Positions 41,982 to 56,067 of a stretch of DNA of 64,000 nucleotides are shown piece after piece (position 1 is the stretch's first letter; the number at the start of each line of letters is the position of its first letter). The stretch lies in assembly GCF_009914755.1 (NCBI RefSeq), contig NC_060935.1; one strand, given 5' to 3'. This DNA is from the human T2T-CHM13v2.0 reference genome, Homo sapiens. Position numbers and translations under genes: made by a program. The notes below the pieces were generated by a model, which worked only from the letters and a program-made list of their open reading frames with translations, searched no databases and was not told where the DNA came from.

Positions 41982-42757
41982 ATTTTCCCTCAAATAAGAG
42001 GACTTTTTAAGTGGATAGTCTATGGCTCATTTGGTAGTAATGCTAAGGTATTCTGGGACTTCTAAAAGCCTCAGGTTGAGGCTGTCACCCACATGGTCCA
42101 AAATGCTAGCTAGAACCAAGCCATCCCAAGTACATTCAGCCAGTAATGGAAAAAGAGAAAGAAGACATAATGTTTTACTTTAAGGAGACTTCTCTATATG
42201 TTCCACAATATTTCTTACTAGATATTATTGGTCAGATTTTATTGTTAGAAGGACAGCTGATAAATATCAAATTCATACTGAGAAACGTAATGGTTATAAG
42301 GCAGGTTTCTGTTCATTGGGGCAGACTGGGACTAAATACATAGTTATCTGTCATATTTGTCAAAATGATCACAGAACAATTTTCTGAACAATTATGTGGA
42401 TTATTACATAGAAAAGGTGAGAAGAAGGATTGAGAGCAGGCTAGAGAAGACATTAGGGTATGTCATAAGTGACTGTTTTAGACTCAACAATCGGAATCAG
42501 AGGGAACATAGTCAAATTCCTACTTTAAAAAGACTACTTCGCTATTTGAATAAAATATTTAATGGAGCCATCAAAGCATGAATATCAGTTATTAGGCTAT
42601 TATGGCAGCCCAGACAAGAGAGATGGTAGCCTAAGCAAGGATGGTGACTCTATAATTTTTTGATACACTTAAGAGCTATTTAGGAGGTTAAATCTATAGA
42701 ACTCAGTATTTTAACTATATTAAATATAAGGAAAGAAGAAGCGTCAAAAATGCCTTT

Positions 42758-43052
42758 TGTGTGTGTGTGTGTGTGATGGAGCCTCATTCTGTCACGCAGG
42801 CTGGAGTGCAGTGGCCGTGTTCTTGGCTCACTGCAATCACCGCCTCCCAGGTTCAAATGATCTTCCTGCCTCAGCCTCCCGAGTAGCTTGGATTGCAGGT
42901 GCCTGCCACCACGCCTGACTAATTCTTGTATTTTCTGTAGAGACGGGGTTTCACCATGTTGGCCAGGCTGGTCCCAAACTTCTGACCTCAAGTGATCTGC
43001 TTGCCTTGGCCTCCCAAAGTGCTGGGATTACAGGCATGAGGACTACGCCCAG
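42758..43052 (-). mobile_element. AluS with (TG)n-converted tail
   Basis: antisense Alu. Confidence 0.95.
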
Positions 43053-43708
43053 CGAGAATGACTTCTAAGACACTGTTTCCTCTGTCTCTGTCTCTCTCTC
43101 TTTCTCTCCAATTAGACTTGGTTATATCATTAGCAAGATAAAGACTATTATAAGATAATGCATTTTTAACTTAGTGAGCTCAACATGGTACCCGTGATTT
43201 CCAAATGAGGATAATTCATTTCTTCCTAGCCTTTCAGAGTAATTCATTAACTGGTCAAGCTATCCGAATTTCAAATTCTGTCTAGTGTTAAAAACTCTTT
43301 ATCATACCCCATAGACTACATGGAGGACAGTACAAAGTCCATTTTTTCTCATATTGGCAACAGTGTAGAAGTCCAGAATCAGGCTCTACTAATTGAAAGT
43401 CCATTTGATATAGTGAAGCCATTTCATAATTGCTATGTCACTATGCAAATGTTAGGCACTATTATGCCCATAATTTATTATTTAAATACTATCCATTCTA
43501 GTTATTAAATTGGTAATTTAAATTATATATTATACATAAAATATATTTTTCATTAATTAACTTATTAATGCGGTAATCACAGAATTTTCCAACTATTATA
43601 CTTGTTATGTGATAAAATTGTATCTGTGGCTATGTAAAAATTATAATTTCTATCTTTAAATTCATATATAGTTATTAGCTCTAATGTATTCAAAATCTTA
43701 GGGTTTAA

Positions 43709-44023
43709 GGCCAGGCATGGTGGCTCATGCCTGTAATTCCAGTGCTTTGTGAAGCTGAAGTTGAAGATTGCTTGAGGGCAAGAGTTTGAAACCAGCCTTG
43801 GCAACAAAGTAAGACTCTAGTCTCTGCAAGATATGAAAAAAGAAGCCAGGTATGGTGGCATGCACCTGTAGTCCTAGTTACTTGGGAAGCTGAGGCAGAA
43901 GGATTGCTTGAGCCCAGGAGCTCAAGGCTGTAGTAAGCCGAGATCATGCCACTGCACTCCAGCCTGGGCAACAGAATGAGACTCTGTCCTCCCAAAACAG
44001 AAAATAAAAAAATAAAAAATAAA
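43709..44023 (+). mobile_element. Alu (AluJ-like)
   Basis: diverged Alu with A-rich tail. Confidence 0.94.
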
Positions 44024-44799
44024 TAGGGTTTATTACTCATGAATGTTCATGGTCTTGTACCAAACTGTCATGTGGAAGAAAGGACAACATAGCTCTGTGA
44101 AAATGAAGAGAGAAGAAAAGAGGAAGACAGAGAAAAGGTCAGATAATCACAATTGAAGGCACAGTGGGAGCAGGAAAAATCCAGACTGTTCTAGCAACCT
44201 TTAGAGCTTACTAGAAGGAAAGGAAACAGGAGTTTGTTTTAGAAGTGATGAAGAGATAGTTTTGTTTGATTAAAAATGGAATCCTATTCAGGAAAACTCA
44301 CATGAGAAGAGACAAGATATGATGTGGGACCAGACCCCAGATAATGAAGCAGGAGTTCATATCCCAACTCATTAGGAACACTAAATGAAAAATGTCTTCT
44401 TCTTTCTGCCAGAGATCTTGGAAACCCCAGAAAAACTTTCCCTATTGATGGACCTCGCATCTACCATTAGATAAACTGCAAAAATTATAGAGGGGTCAGA
44501 TGTAATTTTGGCATGATTATTTAAGGGCTCTTTCTCAACAATTTTAAATCTTCTAAGTTAAAGAGATAACCTAGGAGAACTGCAGCTACTAGATGGTTGG
44601 AAATTATGAATTTGGATGAATAAACATGATGGGTATATTACATACAAAATTGGTATGAATTATTTGAAGATTTAAAAGTTTCAGCTGGTTTGGTTTCAGT
44701 GATACTACACCACAACTCAAGACACTATTATCTCAAGTCCATGGTTCTAGCAATTATTTTCTTTCTTCTCCACAAAACAATGCTTACCTTGTTTCTGGA

Positions 44800-46167
44800 C
44801 GGTTTATTTGCTCTTGCAAGGTTCCCACTTAATTACATCTGCTAAACCCAATGGCAAATACTTAGTCCTCATGTTCTTAGAAGAATGATTTGTGATACTG
44901 TTTTCCATTCATTTTTTGTTGTTTTAGGAAATCACTTTGTCGTGTTTCTTTTTTCCTACAACATGAGCCATTCTTTTTTTTTCTTCCTTTAGATGGCTCT
45001 GTCCCAGACCGAGAGGTTAAGAGACATTGAAGACTTTCAGTACTTAGTCATTAGATTATTCCTGTTCTCTGTGCTACCTCACTTCCTTGACATAGAATAC
45101 CATCATGGATGACTTCTACATTTATTGCTCCAGACCTTTCCTTAAACTCCAGATTTGTGTATTCAATTGTCTGCATAACCTCACTACTTGAATGTATAAT
45201 AGACATCTCAAAATGGATACTTCCAAAATCAAACTCAAAATCAAAGTCAAATAATTTTCCTTCCAGATTTTTATCTCCTCCTGTTAGACTTCCCCATTTC
45301 TGTAAATGGCAACTCCACATGTCCAGTTGAGAGTTGTGCAAGCCAAAAGCCTTGGAGTCATTATTAACTTCTCTTTTTCTTACACATCATTTCCAGTGTG
45401 TCAGCAAATTGTTATGATTCTACATTCAAAATATTTTAGATTCTAATCATTTCCCACCACCTCCACCACTACAACCCTTGGTTAGATGCCATCACTTCTC
45501 TGTATCTTTGCAATAAAATTCTAATTGGTCCCTGAGCTTCCACCTTTGACCTGCCTGCCACCACTCAGTATGTTTCCATCACAGTAATCCCAAATCAGAT
45601 TCTGTCACTCCTCTGCTTAAATTCTTCAGTGACTTCCATTTTTTTTCAGAGTCTAAACTCTCACAATTTACAGAATTTGACCTGATCTTGGCCCTTGTTT
45701 TTACCTTGACCACATCTTATACTTTTATTCTACTATCTAGCTATGTTTGGTCAACTCTGACCTTCCCACTGTAAATCAATCCAGGTCTTGAACAGGTCAA
45801 GGACCAGGTTTGTTTCCCACCTTAGGGCATTTGCAACTCCCAGTCCCACTGTCTGGAACATCTTACCATGGATTCTTCATGGAAATAAACCTTATTCCAA
45901 GCTTTTTTCTGGTGCCACCTTCTCAGTGAGAGCTTAAGATCCTGTTTAAAAGCGGTATCTTCACTACTCAATACTTCTGGTCCCTTCCTTGCTTAATTTT
46001 CCTTAACACATCACCACCTGACTCTCTAAATATGCTATTTATTTATTTGTTTATTTTTGTCCCTCTCCACTATATAATGTCTATATAGTGTCAGAAGATG
46101 GAATAGTGTCTCGCACATGGTTGACACCCAGTAAATATTTGTTGAATGAGTGAATAAATGAATGAGT
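44800..46167 (+). mobile_element. LINE-2 3' portion
   Basis: ctccagacctttccttaaactccagattt...aaagccttggagtcatt...gtaaatatttgttgaatgagtgaataaatgaatga. Confidence 0.85.
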
Positions 46168-46292
46168 TAACCAATGAGACATTTAACGAAATAGGGCTAT
46201 TGCTATCACATCTGAAGCAGATAAGGTGGAAAAGCCAGAAAGCAGGATCTGTTTGTTTTCATGAAAATCACTTTTATGTGTTTCTCTTCAAG

Positions 46293-46406
46293 TAAGGGTT
46301 TTGTTCTCACACAAAATCTTGGTGTTATGCATGTCTATGGTTCATCGAAAGATTTGGAACAGGCTGTGTGGGATTAGTCAGTCAATCAGACTGAAGAGGA
46401 GCTCTG
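46293..46406 (+). pseudogene. candidate 114-nt exon, membership in the gene uncertain
   Basis: tttctcttcaag / CTG|gtaagt; KGFVLTQNLGVMHVYGSSKDLEQAVWD*SVNQTEEEL. Confidence 0.4.
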
Positions 46407-46954
46407 GTAAGTACATAGTTACGTGTCTGGAATGTGTAGCCTATACAGAGAGAAGGAAAAAAATGTATATATGAAAAGTGAAGGAACTTTCTACAGTGGC
46501 CAAGTTGTCACAGTCCAGAGGCCTGGGGGCTGTTTTTCATGAAAAGACCAAAACAAAGTGCAGGATGCTACACAAATAAAGAAAATGAATTCAGCAAAGT
46601 CATATAATACATGTACATGAAACAAAAGCACAAAGTCAAAGAAATTCTATAGAGTTCAGAGACTAAGATTAACATCAAAAGCAGCAGCAGCAGTCAACTT
46701 TGTAGAGAACTATATGAAAACAGGACAAGATCTTAAACTGGAATGGCTGATCTTGGGGAGAAAAATCAGAGAATCTTGAAGTCCCTGCTATGTTGTAATA
46801 TATTAAAACACTATCGATTATGTAACCGTACATGAAGTGAACAGGAAAGGAAAGTAAAAAGACAGAAACAAGACCTACAACTAAGAAATGGTATAGACTC
46901 AACTAGCAACTAAAACAAACAAACAAACAAACAAACAAAAAACTAGCAACTCTA

Positions 46955-47069
46955 GGCTGGGCACCATAGCTCATACCTGTGATCCTAGCACATTTGGAGG
47001 CCAAGGCAGGAGGATCACTTCAGCCCAGGATTTCAAGACCAGTCTCAGTAACAGAGTGAGACCTCATCT

Positions 47070-47128
<59 letters not shown>

Positions 47129-47284
47129 TAGCCCGGTGTGGGGCTGTGCACCTGTAGTCCTAGCTATTCAGGAGCCTAATGTGGGAGGATTGCTTGAACC
47201 CAGGAAATTATAGCTGCAGTGAGCTGTCATCACACCACTGTACTCCAGCCTGGGTGACAGAGTGAGACCTTGTCTTAAAAAAAA
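46955..47284 (+). mobile_element. Alu (AluJ-like) with (CA)n microsatellite in linker (47070-47123)
   Basis: Alu arms flanking long CA repeat. Confidence 0.95.
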
Positions 47285-47875
47285 GAGAACGAAACCTAGC
47301 ATCTTTAGAGACAGGAGAAATAAGTGTCATTAATGCAAATGGTGTTTATATCTATAATTAATTGGAAAAATGTATACAGATTTACTTTACAGTAAATTTT
47401 AGTTAGAATAATGTCTTCACAACCAAATAATTTAAATCATATTAAAAATAAGTACTGTGTGACATTTAGCAAATTTACCTTTTTGTGACTAATTTCATTC
47501 ATCTATAAAATGGGTATTATGAGCTTTAATAATCTTTTCAATTCTAATATTATATAATTATTTAATGTAAATAAAGATTATTAGCTGTCTGAAATATGTA
47601 CTTTGGAGTAGAAAATAATCCATTAATATGCATTTAAATACCCAAATTGTGCCAGAAACTGAAAGTATAAGTTGAAGTAAAATATGATGTTATTTAAATA
47701 GAAACAACTATGGGGACAGGGTTATAAACATAAATACACACAGAGATATACACACATAATATATACAAATGTATTTACATTCCTGTAAAACATGGAAATG
47801 CATATATCTGTGCCTTTATATATTAAGCATTATATACCTTCATATAATAAACAGTAATTGTATTCATTACACTTA

Positions 47876-48277
<402 letters not shown>

Positions 48278-48810
48278 CTAGTTCATATAGATATTTCTAA
48301 AGAGTTAATGTAATTTTATGGTTACATTTACCCCACTCCTACAACTCAGGATGATGCCATATGATCCATATGCCCAAAGGCTGTATCAAAGGATAAAATA
48401 GGATTATTTCTAATTTAATTTAGACAGTCACATCACAATAATTTCCACACTTGCCTCAGTTTGGGTGCTGTTCATATTGTGTTTAATTTCATGTTGCTAC
48501 ATTCTCTTTGAGACATAAGTGTTACAGATATCTTCTGTAGTAATGTAGCCAAATAAGATTTTGTGGTGATGGTAGTTTGTGTGTGTTCCTGTGTATGTGT
48601 GTGTTGGGTGTAAGTGACTTTAGATAGAACTCATATCCTTCAAACATTGAAAAGTCAACCACTATTTTTATTCAGTTTGCGTTTTTGTATTATGTTTTAG
48701 TTACTGTATTCAAAATATTATATTCTCTCTATATCTCCCTGAACAGCATATTTTATTATAGGTATCCTTACCTTTAAGTAGTAATAAATGTTTTCGACCT
48801 AGTAAGTTCC

Positions 48811-49441
48811 TGTTCTGTGTGGGAAACACGGGAGGGAGAAGAAAAGACACACACACACTACCTTAAAGGGTAAAAAACCTTTATCCCATGTAAATGGCAA
48901 TGCAGATGTAATGAGCAAATGATATAATAAGCAGATTGATATAATAAGCAAATGATATAATAATAAGCAGATGATACAGTAAGCAGATTGATATGATAAG
49001 CAAATTGCAGTGGGAAAGGGAGAAGGGAAAAGATATTTACACTCACCAGACTATGGAGGATTCACCACCAGACTGGGAAGCAACAGTCTCGGCTCCAGAG
49101 TTGGCCACTCATGTCTGTGCACAGGCGAGGAGAGGTCTCATGAAGTTTCGGCGCAGTCTGGGACCCTAACTCTTTTTGTAATGAGTTGTTTGGCATAAGG
49201 TCCAGTCAAGAGGGCTCTTTGTGACTGGGCTCAAGGAACACAAAAAGGTCAACTTGTTTTTGTGATTGTCTATTGTTTTCCGATAACTAACATATAGGAA
49301 TAGATTGAAATAGAGATTTCTCTGAAACAGTGCTGGATGAATGCCTCAAGGAGCTCACACAACCTGTTTCGGGACTTGGTGACTGTTGTTTGTGTCCATG
49401 TTCAATTGAGTTCAAATTTAATATTTAACTTTCCCTTCACA
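48811..49441 (-). mobile_element. ERV 3' LTR (LTR66/HERVL66-like from memory)
   Basis: TG...CA termini, internal tandem gatataataagca units, directly adjoined by env-like internal sequence. Confidence 0.8.
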
Positions 49442-50940
49442 GTCGGCCTCCATCTGATACTCAATTGTAGGAAAATACCCTTACAGATACATAGGGAAGG
49501 CATAGTCGATATAGATTACAGATACGGGGTAAGCACAGGAGAATTAAAAGCACAATTAATAAAATACCACACCCACCATGGCTTTGCAAGGAGAGTCATA
49601 TTGTGAGAATTGCCAGTGATATACACATAAGATTCAATATGCAGTAAATCACAAACCCCTCCTTGGGCTGCGGTACGCATATCTAATGCCATTCGATTTT
49701 GCAACATAACAGTACGCAGCTGAGCAAATTCATCTTATAACAACGTAAGTCCAGTGCTACTATCATTAAGAGCTTTTTGTACGTGTAAGCTCAATATTTT
49801 AATTTGTTGCTGAAGCAGGATTGTACCGGTGGCAGGGGAGAATACTGTGATGGGGTACCACCACCAGGGGGTCTGGTGCATTCATAATCAGTGATGTTTG
49901 TAAGCATCTAGATTACTGGGGAGGGGACTATTATCCTGGATGTTGAATGTAATTAATGGCCACCCTGAAGTGCATCTCCCCGTCCAAGTGGGGGCAGGTA
50001 TTGCCACCCGTAGGATCCACGTGCCCAGAGGGCGCCCAGGGAACAGGAAGAGTTCTACTATAATTGTATTGCTGTCATGTGTAATTTAAGTAACAAAGGT
50101 GCTGTGTCTCATTTGGGTTTGGGCAAAATAGACTGTTTGGTTAAAAGAAGTCCAGGTTGGATTACAAGTGTTATTATCCCACCCCCATTGGTATTGGCAT
50201 ATCCATCCAGAAATGTTAGCAGGGATGATTCTCCAAGGTAGCCCATTCCTGGGGGCCTCCCGCGGCAACTCCACACATAGCCAGTACCGACTGCAGTTGG
50301 CTTGCGTTGCAACGGTGGCTACCCAGTTGATGAACTCATTCTCAGCCTAAGACATGATGACCCAGGTACTGATTACTAGCAGACAGGTTATTCTCTGTAA
50401 TAACAAAAATGGAGGGGAGGATGCATTATTTTTCTTCGTTAGGAAATAGTACTATGCCTTCATTTTCTGCCCCTATAGCTACAAGGTCACAAGCCTTAGG
50501 GGCAGGATCTGATGGACACTGTACCCATATTTTGGCTCCAAGATTTAAGTTGCCCCCTTTGGTGGACCTGAATTCTCCGGTTCTGTATGTTATTTCTATT
50601 GGGGCAGAAATTTCCTTGGGGGTTAATTGTTGACAAGGTACCACTAACAATTGAGCAACCCGCATCTGAGGTTATATAGCAAAAGAATCTGGAGTGGTAT
50701 TATATAAAATGACCTTTAACTCTCCCTGGTAATCACTATCAATTATATCACCATACATTATGATGCCTCTCATTGCAAGACTTAAACTTATTGTAATCCA
50801 CTCATCCACATTCAAGTTTGCAGTTATGGTGGGAATTTTGCCCTGTTGATCTGCCCGCTGATTAAATAGTCTGTCAAGAGAAAGCCGAAGATGCATGAGC
50901 ATCAACATGGAAAACAGTGACAATGGCAGTGTGAGGATAT
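49442..50940 (-). mobile_element. ERV internal remnant: RNase H tail, dUTPase fragment, degenerate env SU and TM; no 5' LTR, gag or RT
   Basis: VTVFHVDAH...FNQRADQ (RNase H); IIDSDYQGELKVILYN (dUTPase motif 3); NCSRYWLCVELP...GLPWRIIP (SU); LQNRMALDMRTAAQGGVCDLLHIESY (ISD, degenerate CX6CC). Confidence 0.88.
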
Positions 50941-51128
50941 TGCTTTTTCCCATTAATTTTTCATATTTTAATACTATTAGTTTGAAAATGAGCATTTGAT
51001 ATGGCAAAGTATACGTAGAGTGTCAAATTGAAGTAAATGCTGCTTTCATTATTTTATCACAAAGCTACTCGACAATAAAGAGGAATGAAGCACTATTGAA
51101 TGTTGTACCTCACAGTCATGCTCTGTAG

Positions 51129-51306
51129 GAATGCTTTGTTCATTAAAGTAATAGTTCCAGTAAAGATTCCTCTGGGGATTAGCTGGCAGAGTGGCTTTAT
51201 ACACAGGCATTTTTTTTTCATAACAATTCACTAATAAATTATGGATAAAAATACAGCTACCCAAAGTGGGTAACATCTTAGAGGAGCTCTGCAATGCTGT
51301 GACATG
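51129..51306 (+). pseudogene. candidate pseudo-exon (start uncertain)
   Basis: strong ATG|gtgagt donor; LAEWLYTQAF / QFTNKLWIKIQLPKVGNILEELCNAVT. Confidence 0.45.
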
Positions 51307-51989
51307 GTGAGTGTATCAAGAACATTCTCTTGTTTTTTTCTATTGCCAGATGTCTAGAGTCCCTCCATCCTCTGGGCATCATCCAAGAAGTCTGGGCCAA
51401 AGAAAAAGAAAAATTAGAAATCAAAGATAAAATGTTTACTCTCTAATAAGTTCCAGTTTTTAACGTACTCGGGCTCCTTTATTTAGTCGTCAAGCCAGTA
51501 TATACCAATAACATTGTAACAGTTTGCTTCAGTAATAAAAATCTATTACAGCATACAGTGGTAACATGTGTTCTAACATGTAATTCCTGACATTGAGCTT
51601 CACTGTGTAATGAAATATTAACATAATTTAAAATATAATATGCAATCAAGAAGATGCTAAAAGGATAGTAGATAGCATTAAAATAAACTAATCATTAATA
51701 GTTTATTAGTAGATAATGGGGTAGATTATGTGATATATATAAATAAACATCTGTCATAGGACCTGTCACATAGAAGCCACTCAAATATTTTGTTGAATCA
51801 ATGACTGCTTAGACTCCTAGCTGACCATTTTTCTTATTTAGTCATGGTGATTACATTCAATTTTGGTTACTATATTCAAAAGGTTTTAATCTCACCAATA
51901 TTATCTACTGGAAACTAACCTTTCACTAAAGATGTCCTTAGGCTTCTAGAAGCAACACCATAACATTTTCTCATCTTCCTGGTTATCAG

Positions 51990-52128
51990 GCAGTGATGAA
52001 ATTTCCTCTGATACTGTCTATTGAAGAGAAATTTTAAAAGAATACATGAAACTTAATTCAGAATTTCAAGGACTCCAAACCATTCTGTAGAAATTATTTC
52101 AGAAACCAGATAGAAGTTATTCCTCTAA
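51990..52128 (+). pseudogene. candidate pseudo-exon
   Basis: ctcatcttcctggttatcag acceptor; SDEISSDTVY*REILKEYMKLNSEFQGLQTIL*KLFQK. Confidence 0.4.
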
Positions 52129-52139
52129 GTGACATTCCA

Positions 52140-53380
52140 CTGAAGTGATTTTTGCAGAGATCACTATAACTATTGTTGCTGCTGAGTCAGATGACTCTTT
52201 TCAGTCTGTAGGCAACTCAAACCCATGGTACATTGGTCACCATTAATCATCCACTCCTCTCCTCTTAAAATTATCTCCTTTCTTAGTTTCATGGTATTTG
52301 TTTCTCTGGTGTTTCTCTTATGTCTGGGTATTTCTTTTTACCTTCCTGGCAAAATTGTCTTCTCTTAATGACCCCTAAAGTGCTGGTATTCTCCAAAGCT
52401 CTATCCTCGGTTTTCTTCTCTTCCTTGATATACCATTTGCTCAGGTAATCTCATTTACTCCTTTGGTTTAATGGCCCACCAATATATAGATAGCCCTGAA
52501 ACTGGCTAGTCCAACCTAACTGCATAAACTCCACACCCATGTAGCTAACTTCTTACTAGATATTTATTTGCTGGTTTCATTTAAAATTCCATGTCTAAAG
52601 TTTAACTCAATATCTTAACCTTAAAATTTGTTTCTGTATTTTAATAGTTTAATTACCCATTCTGTTGCCCGTGTCAGTTAAACAATGTTATCCTGTTCCT
52701 TATTCACATATCTAATAGATGAATGAAGACTTACAAATTTTACTTATCTGATATTTCTTGAACCTGTCCATGCAGCATTGTATTCATTCTCATTGCCTCC
52801 ACTCTGGTTGTCATTATGGTTTGCTTGGTCTGTTAAAATATACACTGTTTTCCTAATCTCAATTTTTTAACTTCTAATTCATTCTACTTCCACCATAGTG
52901 AAGTTTTTAAAAGTATTTGTCACCCCCTTAGAAAAATTCAAGATAAAATTTTACTTCTTCATTATGGATGTGAATACTCTTCTTTGCTTATCTGTGCTCT
53001 TGGCATCTCCCCCACATACCTTTTGCTCATTATACTATGTCTCTACTTAACTACTGACAGTACTTGAGTGTGCCATGTTCTCTTACAATTTTATGAACTC
53101 ACAGCTTCTACTCCCTCTGCTCAGAAAGCCTCCTGCTCTCACCACTTAACTTGGCAAATTTCTCAATCCTCTTGAAAATTTAAGTCAGATGTAACTGCTA
53201 TGGGAAATCTTCTCCAATCCTGCCAGCTTTCTTCCTCCAGGCAGCCATCCTTCATACCCATATAAAATCTTTTCTCTTACTGCAACATTTTATATAGTGA
53301 GTGTTTTAACATATTTGCCCTCTAGCTTATTATCTAGCACTTGAAATAGTCAATAGCCATTATGGAATCTTACTTAATAA
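52140..53380 (+). mobile_element. LINE-2 fragment
   Basis: L2-like body (ctctatcctcggttttcttctcttc, ccctctgctcagaaagcc). Confidence 0.7.
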
Positions 53381-53724
53381 GTGTCATATCATATAATTCC
53401 ATGATTATCAAGAAGTGCAAAGAAAATGATTTAAAATGGCACACTGCCATACAGCTTGAAGTGTATTACTTTGCTTAGAAACAATGAACATCTGATTTTT
53501 TTGTGTGTGTAATGATGGAAAATAAAGTAGCTGGTTGGAAAATAATATCCCAGCCCTATACCTAAAAATAGCAGTGGCTAGAATAAATGAAATTTAACAC
53601 TGTAAATTTTAAAAGTGATATTTTTAGAAAACTCATTGATAAAAGACTACTCATTGGTTTTGAAATTCTTCTTGATAGTGTATAACGTTTAAATAATCAA
53701 ACCTATTAAATAAATCAATTCCAG

Positions 53725-53938
53725 ATGATAAAGAAACTTGAACTGAAGTTAGACATAAATTAGATGCTTAAATACATACACCTAAGAAAATACAAAAGAA
53801 GAAAAAGAAAAAAATAATATGAATGGAGAAACCAAGTTGCCCCATCTTTTATTTTGGAGAACACAGAAAAAAAGCCAAAAATTCAAGAAAGAAAATATCA
53901 ACAAGAACAGAAAAAAAGAAAAAGACTTTCTTTTTCAG
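53725..53938 (+). pseudogene. pseudo-exon, basic coiled-coil
   Basis: aattccag / CAG|gtaata; MIKKLELKLDIN*MLKYIHLRKYKRRKRKK*YEWRNQVAPSFILENTEKKPKIQERKYQQEQKKRKRLSFS. Confidence 0.5.
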
Positions 53939-54507
53939 GTAATATTTGGAAGGGTATTGTGTAGAGAGGGTGAGCATAGGAAGAGATGAGGTGCCATGAG
54001 ACTTATATGAATAGGCTGATTAGGGTGAATCGATAACTAAAGATTTTTTTATTCATTCACTTAACAAATATTTATTGAGTATCTATAGTGGGAGTGGATC
54101 ACAAAAACACCTAAAATTAAACTTGTAAATGATAGGTTAAGAAGTAATCTCGATTGGGTGAATCAATGATAGTTAAGAAAATGATTACTAAAATAGACTA
54201 ATTCCTTAAAAAATAAAATATCTTGATTTCTTTGAACTCAGAGTTAATGGCCTATTCTTTTTTAGAAGATAATTGCCTTTAGGTACAAAACAATATACAG
54301 TGAAATCCTCAAAAGTTTTTTTTCCCTATGACCTTAATTAAGATCTGCATTGAACTTTTTTTTACCCTTTGTCTACTATATTTTTAAGGAAATAAATGCA
54401 CTAAATCTGAACTAAAAAGTTTCAATAACTAGACAATGTGAGCTAATGATTTAAATTTTGTACTTAGTTGGAGCTGAAAGTGTATATTTTTCTCTTTGGT
54501 GAAAAAA

Positions 54508-54704
54508 GGAGGGGAAATAAAATAAAGAGAAATGTTATCACAATTTTAAAATAACCCATCAAAATAACCCATCAAAATAACGGAGAGGAAATAAAATAAA
54601 GAGAAATGTTATCACAATTTAAAAATAACCCATCAAAATTAAGGAGAGGAAATAAAATAAAGAGAAATGTTATCACAATTTAAAAATAACCCATCAAAAT
54701 AAAG
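54508..54704 (+). repeat. tandem repeat, 3 copies of ~61 bp
   Basis: ggagaggaaataaaataaagagaaatgttatcacaatttaaaaataacccatcaaaat x3; copy 1 has an extra aaaataacccatc. Confidence 0.95.
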
Positions 54705-56067
54705 GTTTATGAATATATCAAAAATAGCTTCTGCAGATGGAGAACCATGTTACATATTCTTTTAAAGCAACAGATGGGAGAAAATAGAAATTTTTCTTAG
54801 AGATAATTATATAAAAATAAAATCTAGTTTGCAACATAAATTTCTACCTATGTGTCCTATGAAGCAAAATTTATTGTAGATTTTTCTCTGATTTTATTCC
54901 ATTATGAACCACAGAAGGAGGAAGAGTTCCATTACTCAAGGTTTCTAAAAACACAATAGAGAGAAATACTTTTCTACTTTAAACCCTCATTCACATTATA
55001 GCACTCATACCTTGTAGAGTTAGATTGCAGTAATGTTCACTGACATTCTAAAGTTTTTATATCAGCTCTGCTTTTATTGGGCACAGTATTTTCTGTTTAT
55101 TGGTAATTTGTGGTTGCATTTTAAAAATACTGTTCTGTTGATAAGCTTTCATGATTTCTTAATGTAAAATTGAACTGGGTTTTTGTATACTTTGCCTGCA
55201 GCATCTAGATTTCTCTAAGAAAGTTTTTTATTTTAATTCAAATTGAGTTTTTGCCAATCTCATATACCACTGTAAGAGAATGGTTAATGTGACTTTTTCT
55301 ACTATCATGGCATTATCTTCAAGAACACAAAGTTAAAGAAAAAAATGCTTTTCAGTACCCACATTCTCTAAGGAGATAACATTGACAATGGGACAGATTC
55401 TTTTCTTAGAAAAGTGACCACTTTCTCAATCTGTAAAATAAGACCAGAGGGAAGGCAAGAGATCAAGTGACAGGGATACCTAAAAGTATTACTTATTAAA
55501 AGAGGGGATGGCTGAAAGGAGAAGCCTGGAATCTTAATTCCTGCAAGAGTAGCTGATTGCCCTTGTTGATCTTCCTTGAGGCTGAGAATGGAAAAAGAGA
55601 ATAGTAGAGAGAGGGCAAAGTAGATAGAGAAATGAGGGTTGAGCAGCCAGTTCTCAAACATTTCCTGTGAGTCAAATGGACAATGAGAGCTATCTTGCCT
55701 GATCTAAGAGGGTTGAGTGTTAATGGAGGAATTCCCAGAGGCAACTGAACAGGAAGTACCTGGAGGTACTGAGATGTTCAGGAGCATCTCACCAGGCTTT
55801 CTCTCCAAAATTCTACGTGTATCCAGTGATAAATCCAGCATTTTGATTCATTCTATAGAGAGGCACTGGTCAGTAAGAAACAAAGAAGCAGCAGACAACC
55901 AGGAGAGAGAAAATTACAATCAAAGATGGTGAAGTAATGAAAAATGTACCTTCTTCTCTTATAACCCCAGGCAGCACTTAACATAAAGAGAAGTCTGCGA
56001 AATAAAGGAAAGCAGTGGCACCCTAGATGTATAACCCTGCCCATCTACTGGGGTTTTGGAGTCGGAT

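Noticed and set aside
48900-49010. Short repeated units resembling an array
   Set aside because: Internal tandem repeats of the LTR with no unique spacers; eukaryotic DNA, no CRISPR.
49516-50400. Domesticated syncytin-like env
   Set aside because: Stops, frameshifts, and degenerate CWLC, furin and CX6CC motifs.
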